Virus record (IMG/VR): IMGVR_UViG_3300044699_000169
Length of the DNA stretch: 64,000 nt
Strand: one strand, 5' to 3'
Source of the DNA: an uncultured virus (IMG/VR IMGVR_UViG_3300044699_000169)
Taxonomy: Duplodnaviria; Heunggongvirae; Uroviricota; Caudoviricetes
Numbering within the stretch: the first letter of the stretch is position 1; each line of letters starts with the position of its first letter. A program made the translations under genes and the position numbers. The notes under the pieces are model-generated. The model was not told the DNA's origin, searched no databases, and worked only from the letters and a program-made list of their open reading frames with translations. Shown piece by piece: positions 55,353 through 64,000 of the stretch.

Positions 55353-55841
55353 CTAGAGCACTTTCATGTACCCGAGCCACGTCCCCAGGCGCTCCTTGGC
55401 GCGGTGGAAGACCGCTCGCGCGGCCCCGGGTCGGAGCTCCATTTTCTGCCGATTTCCCTGAAGGAAAGGCGGTCGATGATCTCATGAGAAACACCCGGCG
55501 CTGGCGCGGGGTGAGGCGCTGGAATTCCACGTCGAAGACCTGGAGGGCCTCGCGGGTGATGGCGTCCGCAAAGGCGCTCGGGCGTTCCGGCGGCTCTGGT
55601 TCTCGAGCATCCTCTGGGTGGATTTCCTGTCCCGGATAAAGTGGCGGCAGAGGTTCCGGGCAATCTGGAAGAGCCATGCCATGAAATTGGTGGGGCGGTC
55701 CACTTCGAGGCGCTCGAGGGCCCGGACCACGGCGTCCTCCGCAATGGCTTCCGCCGTGACGTGATCATAGACCATTTTCCAGCAGAACCTGGCCAGCTGT
55801 CCCCGCACCTTGGGGGTGACCGCCGCAAAGAAAAGCGCCTT
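55353..55841 (-). CDS. ECF-type sigma70 factor; frameshifted, start uncertain
   Basis: LARFCWKMV...AEAIAEDAVVRAL...FMAWLFQIARNLC...LTPRQRRVFLMR...LSFREIG...VFHRAKERL. Confidence 0.75.
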
Positions 55842-56597
55842 CAGGTGCCAGCCGGCGCCGAGGAGGTCTCGGAAACGGTCGGCTGCTCGGCGGACGGCGG
55901 CGTGGGCGCGCTCTCCGCGCTCCCTTCCTCCGCCGGCGGCGTAAAAGGGGCGGAGGGCTCACCTCCGAGGCCCCTCAGTTTCTCGAGCGTCATGATGGTG
56001 CGGTCCAGTTCCGCGATTTCCGCCTCAAGCACCGATCGCTGGACCTTGAGAGCCTGGATCGAGACGTCGAGCGCCTTCCCGGTCCCCTGGGGCATCACCG
56101 CGCGCTGGGCGGGGGTTGTGAAGAGAGGATCCGCCGCGCTTTGCACCCCGCCTCCACCACCGGCACCCCCGTGGGCCCCGCGCGCGAAGCGCGCTTTCGA
56201 GGAACGACCGGGATCCAGGGCTTCCCGTCACAGGAGGCGACGTGCTCCTCGAACTTCTTGCCGAGCCTGTAATAGGGCTTTCCACACTTTGAACACTTCC
56301 CTGCGGGGAGGACATCTCCGATAGCGGGTCCGAGAAGTCCGGGGGAGCGATGGGAACGTGGGAGAAGCCCGGGAGCGCGGGCGAGGGAGGGCTTTCCACC
56401 CTTTGTTGCGAGCCCTCCGGGGAGGAGCCCAGGGGAAGCCGAGGTCCGGTGAAGTTTTTCCCCGCACGAGCGGCACTGGAAGCGCTGGAGCTCTCCCTCC
56501 ACGGCGAGCGCGGTGATCTCGAGGCGACGGCAGCGCGGGCAGGCGACGGTCAAGGTCATCCCCTCTCTTTCATCTGGATGGGCGCTTCTACCCCTTT

Positions 56598-57255
56598 TTA
56601 TTCGACGGGGCAAGCCCCAGAAGCCCGATCGCGGGAACCTTCTCGAGGAAGGGCGAGAGCTTCTTTTCGCCGCCTTCGACGAGCTCGTGGAGGCGGTCGC
56701 GGAGGGCTTTTTCCATCTCGACGAGCTTGAGCAGCGCGAGCCACCGCTCGGGCGTGTAGTCCATGATCACCGGCTCGACGTCGCCGCTCCGGAACGAGCG
56801 GGGCTCCGACGCCTGGGCCGCCGGCGGATAGACCTCGAGTCGTGATCGTAGACGAAACCCTTGTCGCCGGGCTTGGCGAAGGCCAGTAGCGCCATTCGTA
56901 GCCGTCGCCGGAATGCTTCTTCGCCCGGAGCAGGCGCTCGAACTTCTGGCCGAGCACCTTCTGGGAACGGCCCATCCCGAACGTGTCGTCGGGACCGACC
57001 GCGATCACGGGCTCCCATTTGAGGGCCTTCTGCTCCTTGGCCCACTTCCTCACGTCCTCGCGGATCTTCTCCAGATCCTTCCCCTCCCAGTGCTCCCCGC
57101 TGTGGTAGGTGCCGTTTTCGCCGTCCTGGTGGATCTCGCTGAACTCGGCGCGGAAGACGCCGGTCTCCTTGTTGAGCACGACGTGGACGACGATCCCGCC
57201 TTCGAGCTTGATGTCGTCGAGAGGAGATGTTGCCGGGTCTGTTTCGTCTGGCCAT
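56598..57255 (-). CDS. Hypothetical protein (leaderless), frameshifted
   Basis: ATG 6 nt after the -10 of promoter copy 5. Confidence 0.5.
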
Positions 57256-57261
57256 GTCCCG

Positions 57262-57290
57262 AGTATACAGCGTATACGCGGGTAGGTCAA
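57262..57290 (-). promoter_or_regulatory. GTATAC-type promoter/operator, copy 5
   Basis: Minus strand TTGACC-tacccgcGTATACgctg-TATACT-6 nt-ATG. Confidence 0.8.
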
Positions 57291-58725
57291 GCGTATTTCT
57301 TGGCCTTCTCGAGCTCCTCGTTGGCCGCGTCGAGCAGCAGGTCCGCCTCGAGGAACTTGCCGTCGTTCCCCGCCTTCACGCTCGAATGGAGATACCCCCG
57401 GGCGACCAGGATGTGGGCCTTGAAGAGGCGCATCTTTCGCCTCAGAAGGTAGGTTCCGACGAGGGAAACGAGGGAGATCAGGAACGAAAGAAGGGAGAGC
57501 ACGCTCATGGCAGGATTCCCTCCAGGAACTCGGAGTAGGTGACGGATTTCCCGGTCGGCCCGATGGGGCCCGCGATGAAGGTCCCGGCGCTCCGCTGGAC
57601 CGTCCTCACGTCCTTCCGGCGCTTGCGGGCGGTGAAAGGGCGTGTACTCGAGCTTGACGGCGCCGGTGCCCTTGCAGACGAGGCAGATCACGCCCACGCC
57701 CTCAGGCTCGGCCATTCCCCGGTAGATCCCCGTCGCGCCGCAGGACTCGCATTCCGCCTGGACGTGCGTTTTCTTGTTCAGTTCGGGCATCGTTCACCTC
57801 CAGTATCATTGTAGCCCTAGTAATGATGAAGCATCTCCCTCAGGAACTCCTCGCCGCAGCGCCTGCACTGGTAGCCCTCGACCGTGGTCACCCAGGAAGT
57901 GGCGCGGTCGTGAAACTTGAACCAGGAGTGATCGAGGATCCTGCAGAGGAACGCCTTCCACCTGCCTTTCCATGTCTTGGGCGGCTCCGGGATGATCCGG
58001 AGCTCGTCGCGGACGGTGCGGTGGATCCCGCGGGCCTGGGACTGTGAGACCGGGGGTGGGCTCATCGGATTCTCCTTAAAGGGCAGGACAGGATCCCGTG
58101 TGCTCTGCCTTGCAGCGATCGCAGTGGCGGGCCGGATTGCAGGGCCCCGTGTGGACCCAGCCGCAGGTGTCGCAGGTGACTTTGTCCTTGGCGGGCTCGG
58201 TCTTGACCGTCACCTTTGGGCACTTCTCGGGATCCAGTTCATGCTCCGAGTTGCACGCGCCGCAGAGAAACCTGTCCTTTCGCTCCTGCGCCTCGATCCG
58301 CTCCTTGATCTCCTTGAGCTTCTGCCGGGCGGCCTCGTTGTTGGGCGGCGGCGGATCCTGGCTCCAGTTGGCCCAGCGCTTCACGTTCGGGACGAGTTTT
58401 CCGTGCTCGATCATCCAGTCCTTGTCCCGTCCCAGGCACTCCTCCACCATCTCCGGACAGCGTGTGCAGACCCAGCGGGCAATGTAGATCCCCTTGTCGC
58501 CGATCTGGTGGTTGTGAGCGCAGTTGAAGCCGCGGCCGCTGGCGTTGGGGTCGTTCGAAGCGACGCAGCCGCAGATCTTGATCGCCACGTACTTCCTGTC
58601 GTGCCCGAACCACTTGCAGGGACGCGTCTCCGGCCGCCGGCGCCACTCGAGGAGCTTGATCACCGCCATGAGGAAGCCCGTGAAGAGGGCCAGACAGATC
58701 GCAAGCTTGATCGCCATCTGGTCGG

Positions 58726-59127
58726 TCATTTTTTGGCCTCGTCCTGGAGATACGAATCGAACGACACCGCGCAGGCTTCCGAGCACATGCAGGAGGACGG
58801 CGGATTGGCCGACTGGAAAACCTCCGAGCCGCAGTTCATGCACTTCCCGATCGGGAGTTCCCCGTGGATCTCCTGGTCGTACTCTTCGTAGACTCCCGAC
58901 ACCCCCATGGCGAACTGAGAAACGGTGGGGTCGACGATCTCGCCTTCGGCCGTCTTGAGCCACCAGTGGCCCCGGACCCCGTCGACGGGCGAGGAATAGT
59001 AGCCCCGGCAAAGGACGAGCTCGGGGAACGCCTTCTGCATCTGGACCGCCCTCGCGTGGCAGAGCCCCGCCTGGACGCCCTGGCAATGCTCTTCGATCCA
59101 GGCGGCGTATTCGGATTTCATCGTCAC
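58726..59127 (-). CDS. Transglutaminase-like Cys-His-Asp protein with a zinc-finger tail
   Basis: GLCHARA...CRGYY...GHWWLKT..GEIVDPT..QF; KCMNCG...CSEAC. Confidence 0.55.
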   Translation of the reverse strand: MTMKSEYAAWIEEHCQGVQAGLCHARAVQMQKAFPELVLCRGYYSSPVDGVRGHWWLKTAEGEIVDPTVSQFAMGVSGVYEEYDQEIHGELPIGKCMNCGSEVFQSANPPSSCMCSEACAVSFDSYLQDEAKK

Positions 59128-60741
59128 TCCATGAAGTTGAGAATCGCTTCGGAGATCGTGACCGACCCGTCGTCCCAGGCGATCACGAAGCCCACGTCTT
59201 CGGGCCGGAGCGTCCGATGATCGAGAAAGATCATCCTGATCACGCCCTTCTTATCCATGACCTCGCGGACCGTCCCGACGCGGAGCTCTGGGGTGAGCTG
59301 GGTGATCCAGAAGGATTCCGGGATCATCCTGGAGAGCTTGAAGATGAATCGTTCCTGGCCGGGGGTCATGGTAAACTCTGCGGGGTCGGTCATGGATGTG
59401 TCCCTTCGGATTCCTGCTCGGACTCCTCTTCGCCGGAAAACTTCTCGTCAATCAGGTAGGACTTGCTGACCCGGACCATCTTGACCTTGTAGCCCAGACC
59501 TTGAAGAGCCTGGGCAAGCTTCTCCGCGTCGGGCTTGCTGTGGACCGTGCCTTCCAGGATGTCGAAACAGTCCCCGCCGTGGGGGCGGTCGACTTCGTAG
59601 GCTTTCTCGCCGACGACGCGGTACTCGATGTGAGGGGAGCGGGGCTGGTCGGTCATTTGATCATCCTTCCTTCTTGGCGTAGTGGCAGATACAGCCCTGC
59701 GGGATCCCCGAGTGGCCGTCCATGTAAGGGTGGTCGATCTTGTCCCCGCACCAGCAGGTCTTTGGGTCGACCATCCGACCGCAGCCCTCGCACTTCGTCA
59801 GACGATCGGGATGGCTCACGGACACCTCCTCCCGCACCCGTCGCACCGCTCGGGATACTGCCCGTCGGGCCGGAAGATCTCGAATCCGCAGGCGCAGCGC
59901 CGCATCAGCTTTGAAGGCTGCTTTTTTGGAGCCCGCGGCTGCTTCGTGGTCTGAGGCCTGGGTTTCTTCCCCGCCTGCAGGAGCAGTTGGCGCTGCAGGT
60001 CCGGAGGAAGGGAGGAGATCGGGATACCCATCTACATCCTCGAAGAGCTCTTGAACTGCATGACGAGCGTCTTGCCGTCGATCCGGACCCACGCGGCGGG
60101 GACCTCTAAAGCGCGGGTCGTGACCGCCTGTCGCCCGAGCTCTGCCACGCAGCTGACGTACTGGGCCAGATCCTCCTCGCTGGGAGGCTTCACCGGAGCG
60201 CACCAGCCGTCGTCGTCCTTGGCGAAATAGTCGCGCTCCAGGAGCCAGCCGAGCGCTTTGTCCAGATCGTTCATGGTCAATCTTCTAGATGGTTTGGTAG
60301 AGTTCCGCCTCGAGCGTGACCCCGATCCTGGGGATATCCTCGATCGCGCGCGGGCATTCCACGACGGCGGTCACCTTGAAGCCGTTGCAGATGAATATCC
60401 CACGGTCCACGTCGTCCTCTATCCCGGTGAACCAGCAGGAATTCCGGAGGGGCGGCACCGGCTGATGGACAGCCAGAAGTGGGGCAGGCCCGTAGACCAG
60501 CAATCCGTCGATCCTGATGGAGAGCGTGGCGTCCTCGAGAAGCTTCCGCCCATCTTTCGACGCCTCCAGAATCTCCACCTTCGGCAGGCCCAGGAGGACG
60601 GCTTCTTTAACAAACGTCTCGCACATCCACTCGATCTGGGTGGCCTTCTTTTCGAGGAGAAGCTCGGCATGGAACTCCGTGTAGGGTCGGAGATTTGCCA
60701 CCCGGTAGGCGTAGTTGGCCGCCGTGTTCAGAAGCTTCACT

Positions 60742-61152
60742 TTAGCCCTCCATCTCGTCGGCCAGTTTGACGAGCGCGTCGAATGCGGCTTCTGCCTTTG
60801 GGGTTCGGTAGACCTTCTGAAGCGCCCGGACGCCGGCGACCAGGCGGGCGAGGCGGGCGGTGCATCCTTCGGTGACTTCACAGGTCCGGCCCGCCGGTGT
60901 CACGACGTAGGAATTGGTAGGCCGGATCCCGCCCGCGTCGATCTTCTCGACGAAGTTCACGTAGCCCCACTTCACGAGCTTGGAGAGCCACGCCGCGGCG
61001 ATCTGGGAGCCGCGCGATTTGGCCGTGTCTTCCAGGCCCGCCTCGCGCGCGAGATCGACGGCGGTGAAATGGTGGGAGTCTCGAGGGGAGAGCTTTCGAG
61101 CCGCCTCGAGGACTCTGAACCAGGGTGGGGTGCCGGGGGTCGGGCGGGGCAT
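60742..61152 (-). CDS. Winged helix-turn-helix DNA-binding protein
   Basis: FTAVDLAREAGL...IAAAWLSKLVKWGYV...YVVTPAG. Confidence 0.6.
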   Translation of the reverse strand: MPRPTPGTPPWFRVLEAARKLSPRDSHHFTAVDLAREAGLEDTAKSRGSQIAAAWLSKLVKWGYVNFVEKIDAGGIRPTNSYVVTPAGRTCEVTEGCTARLARLVAGVRALQKVYRTPKAEAAFDALVKLADEMEG

Positions 61153-61170
61153 CTGGTTCCCTCACTCAAT

Positions 61171-61217
61171 TAAACATATATGTTTACAAGCGCGATCGCG
61201 CTCGTAAACATATGTTT
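61171..61217. repeat. Nested palindrome (operator or recombination-site candidate)
   Basis: 36-bp inverted repeat 61178-61213 with one mismatch, overlapping the perfect palindromes TAAACATATATGTTTA and AAACATATGTTT. Confidence 0.8.
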
Positions 61218-61225
61218 CTGGGGGA

Positions 61226-61296
61226 ATAATAGGCGGAAATCGCCCGATTGTCAATACATGATAACTATTACAATCGCGGGTGGGGGATGATATACT
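61226..61296. promoter_or_regulatory. Divergent promoter pair
   Basis: Minus strand TTGACA-17-TATTAT (61254-61226); plus strand TTACAA-17-TATACT (61268-61296), 7 nt before ATG 61304. Confidence 0.7.
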
Positions 61297-61303
61297 CCCG
61301 CCG

Positions 61304-61813
61304 ATGGATGACCAAGGCCTCCAGGAGCCCTTCCAGCCTTCGAAGAGACGTCCCAGGGCTTCGGAGCCCACCCCAACCCCTTCGACGCAGCCTGGAGGCG
61401 CTGGCGAGGCCGCGCCCGGCTTCCGGATGGGTCGCATCGAAGCCGTCCACGTCCGGTCGAGCGGGGTCACCGTCCAGCTGTTCCACGGATCCGCGCGCGG
61501 CCACTCCCTCGCCCCGATCGACCTCTTTCCGTCGGTGAAATGGGCCGAGGAGAACATCGGGCGCTGGGTCGTGCTCGGAGACCGCCCCGGCGCCGCCAAG
61601 CTTGTCCCCGGACCCAACGAGATCATCAGCCACGCCGTCGACCCGAAAACCAACGAGCTCGTACTCCGCTGCGTGCTCTGCAAGGCCGAGATGGGACGCC
61701 TGCCCAAAAGCATCACCAAGAAGGGGCCCCGCACGATCATCGACCAGGTGAAACTCATCCTCCAGGCCCATCTCCCGAACTTCCACCCCGAGATCATGGA
61801 AGCCGTCAAATAA
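61304..61813 (+). CDS. Hypothetical protein (leaderless) with CxxC
   Basis: Follows the promoter; LRCVLCK. Confidence 0.55.
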   Translation: MDDQGLQEPFQPSKRRPRASEPTPTPSTQPGGAGEAAPGFRMGRIEAVHVRSSGVTVQLFHGSARGHSLAPIDLFPSVKWAEENIGRWVVLGDRPGAAKLVPGPNEIISHAVDPKTNELVLRCVLCKAEMGRLPKSITKKGPRTIIDQVKLILQAHLPNFHPEIMEAVK

Positions 61814-61841
61814 GCCGGGTTTTTTCGACGAAAGGAGCCCC

Positions 61842-62405
61842 ATGGACGACCCCACGGAGACCTTGACCGAGGAGAACTTCTCCTTCCCCAAGTACATCGG
61901 CCTCCTCTACAGCCCCAAGAACGAGGCTTACGCGCTGGGTCTCGTCAAGCAGCTGCGCGTCTCCAAGATCGTCCCCGTCTATCTTGGTTTCGGAGATCGC
62001 GACCAGATCACGGTCTACGAGTACGAGGTCAAGGTCCCCTCCGTCCAGGCGGTTTTGCTTCGGAGCGCATGGCTGAGGCCGAAGGGATCCCTGGATCAGC
62101 TTTCGAATCTCGCGGTCCAGGTGCTGGTTGACGGGCACATCGTTCACGAGCAGCCCCTGGAGCATCACCTCAGAATTGGACCTGAGGTGCCCCTCCAGAA
62201 GAATGCGAGCTGGAACCACAACGCCATTGAACTCGACGACAAGGGCCAGGCCCTTCCCGAGAAGCACTACGGGGTTTTTTGCCCCAATGAGACGCTCGTC
62301 CAGATCCGGGTGGTAAAGCGCAAGCGAGGCGTGGTGGAGTTCCAGGCCCGCTGCGGTCTCACCGCGGCGCTCTACTCGACCCGTTCGGGGGACATCTCCG
62401 CATGA
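61842..62405 (+). CDS. Hypothetical protein
   Basis: AAGGAG SD, 187 aa. Confidence 0.6.
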   Translation: MDDPTETLTEENFSFPKYIGLLYSPKNEAYALGLVKQLRVSKIVPVYLGFGDRDQITVYEYEVKVPSVQAVLLRSAWLRPKGSLDQLSNLAVQVLVDGHIVHEQPLEHHLRIGPEVPLQKNASWNHNAIELDDKGQALPEKHYGVFCPNETLVQIRVVKRKRGVVEFQARCGLTAALYSTRSGDISA

Positions 62406-63364
62406 GCGGCGACCGACGCGGTCTCGTCCCGATCCAGAAGCCCAAGCCCGGCGCGATCGCCGTCGTACAGCCCGCCGTGGAAGCCGGGAAGGCGTTCCTG
62501 TCGAAGAACACGATCCGCGCCTACACCCGGGACTGGCTGGACTTTTTCAAGGTCGAACGGCTCGATCAGGTGACCGTGCCGATGGCGATGGGCGTGAAGC
62601 CCGACCACGTCGCCGACTTCCGGGACGAGTGCCTCGCCAAGGGCTTGGGGCCGGGGACCGTGAACCGGAAGCTTTCTTCCGTCCGGGCTTTCTTCGATCA
62701 GCTGATCCTCCGGGGCCTGATGTCGATCAATCCCGCCCACCCGAAGCTTGTGCGGCCCCCCAAGCGCGGCACGGTCCAGAAAATGGAGGCGCTCTCAGCC
62801 GCCGAAGCCAAAAGCTTCCTCCAGGCGATCGACCGGACCACCAAAATCGGCCGGCGGGACTACGCCGTCATCATGGTGGACCTGCACATGGGTCTGCGAC
62901 GGTCCGAGGCGCTCGGGATCCGCGCCGAGCAGTTCCGCACCGTCGACGGGAAGGCCTGCATCGTCTTCCGATCCAAGGGCGAGAAGGAACGCATCATCTG
63001 GGTGAACCGGGATCTCGAGGAGGCCCTCGCCGTCTACGCCAAGGACCGAGGGGACGCCCCGGGATGGCTTTTCCCTGGTCGAAACCCCAAGAAGCACCTC
63101 TCCGGGGATCAGTTCTGGAGAATCGTCCAGAGCTACCTCGAGAAGGCCGGGATTACGAAGAAGGTCGGCACTCACGGGCTCCGCGCGACGTTCATCACCC
63201 ACAACCTGCTCAAAGGGACGCCGATCGACCAGATCCAGAAGACCGTCGGTCACGCCCGCGGCGAGACCACGCTCGGATACGCCAGGGACCTCGAGATGAT
63301 CAAGAGCCGGGCGCCTGAGGCGATGGAGGGAATGAACGCGGACGGGCCAAGGGAGGGGAAGTGA
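62402..63364 (+). CDS. Tyrosine recombinase/integrase (XerC/D-like)
   Basis: NTIRAYTRD, TVNRKLSSVRAFF, GLRRSE, KGEKER, HGLRATF, VGHAR..TT..Y (R-K-H-R-H-Y set intact). Confidence 0.92.
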   Translation: MSGDRRGLVPIQKPKPGAIAVVQPAVEAGKAFLSKNTIRAYTRDWLDFFKVERLDQVTVPMAMGVKPDHVADFRDECLAKGLGPGTVNRKLSSVRAFFDQLILRGLMSINPAHPKLVRPPKRGTVQKMEALSAAEAKSFLQAIDRTTKIGRRDYAVIMVDLHMGLRRSEALGIRAEQFRTVDGKACIVFRSKGEKERIIWVNRDLEEALAVYAKDRGDAPGWLFPGRNPKKHLSGDQFWRIVQSYLEKAGITKKVGTHGLRATFITHNLLKGTPIDQIQKTVGHARGETTLGYARDLEMIKSRAPEAMEGMNADGPREGK

Positions 63365-63813
63365 CCGACGAACGAATCTGCCGCTGGTGCTTCTCCGAGC
63401 TGCCTGAAGACTCCGAATCCCTCTGCCCGTCCTGCGCGGAGAAGGAAACGCTCCTCAAGGAAGGCCTCGCCACCGGTCCCGAGGAGTTCGGGAAAGAGGA
63501 TTTCGACCGGTTCCTTTGGAAGCTCGCGGCCTACGCAATAAAAGTGATGGAGCACCCGGAGGGCGGAACGCCCTGGACGATCGGACACATGCGGGACAGC
63601 CTGATGCTGGCGGTCCTGCAGGCGCTGCCGATGGACCACGTTTCCATGAGCTTCAAATTCAGCCCCGACCGAAAGCCCGGAGACCCTCCCAAGGACGTGG
63701 CCTATACGATCAAAAAACCGATCCCCAGGATCCTGCTCTTTAAGACCGTCGAGCGGCTGGGAATCTGGTCCCTCACCGAGAAGGACGAGCCCGACAACTT
63801 TGCGGGAGCCTGA
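63361..63813 (+). CDS. Hypothetical protein with N-terminal zinc ribbon
   Basis: CRWC...CPSC; GTGA overlap. Confidence 0.55.
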   Translation: MTDERICRWCFSELPEDSESLCPSCAEKETLLKEGLATGPEEFGKEDFDRFLWKLAAYAIKVMEHPEGGTPWTIGHMRDSLMLAVLQALPMDHVSMSFKFSPDRKPGDPPKDVAYTIKKPIPRILLFKTVERLGIWSLTEKDEPDNFAGA

Positions 63814-64000
63814 AAACGTCGGATTTAATCGGAGAAAGCCATGCTGAGCGACTTCTTCTGCACCATCGTCCTCTTCGGCTTCTTCGGTTTCCTGATCTAC
63901 TCGATTTTGACGCAGCCCAAGAGGACGCCCCGGATCCCCGAGGTGCCCGCGGCCCCGCCGGCTCCTCCTCCCCCGCCAAGCCCTGTCCAGGTCTGCTGCG

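Noticed and set aside
6180..57255. Many frameshifted genes read as pseudogenes or programmed frameshifts
   Set aside because: Single-base indels are spread across all gene types, often at short homopolymers, with motifs intact on both sides. Long-read error is the simpler explanation; read polishing would settle it.

Overview
GC-rich, densely packed window that looks like part of a large bacteriophage or other large mobile element. No rRNA, tRNA, CRISPR array, housekeeping operon or recognisable capsid/terminase gene was found, so the viral identity is inferred. Many genes carry single-base frameshifts, probably long-read errors, so many coordinates are approximate. All family assignments come from motifs read by eye, not from database searches. 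Layout: (1) 1-7.3 kb, sugar-modification cluster (galE, GDP-fucose synthase, glycosyltransferases, methyltransferases). (2) 7.3-20.5, 30-36 and 49-54 kb, blocks of Pro/Thr- and Cys-rich and modular proteins, many with an Arg-rich (L/M/F)-x(0,1)-G motif at N-termini or domain junctions. These blocks also hold enzymes: PAPS-reductase-like, FCP1-like phosphatase, kinase, ART-fold, Nudix, TGT/DpdA-like, ParB/Srx-like, DarA_C, LPD25, RelE-like and transglutaminase-like. (3) Long runs of small phage-type genes (Lar, ART plus macrodomain, MazG-like, DUF1643, exonuclease, ECF sigma) behind a repeated TTGAC-N-GTATACGCGG-TATACT promoter/operator that is mostly leaderless. (4) At the right end, an HTH regulator, a palindrome and a tyrosine recombinase. 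Best candidates for novelty: a 6S-RNA-like rod-shaped ncRNA (25073-25231), a second structured RNA (27404-27555), the GTATAC regulon, and a putative Gly-directed processing/packaging tag system.
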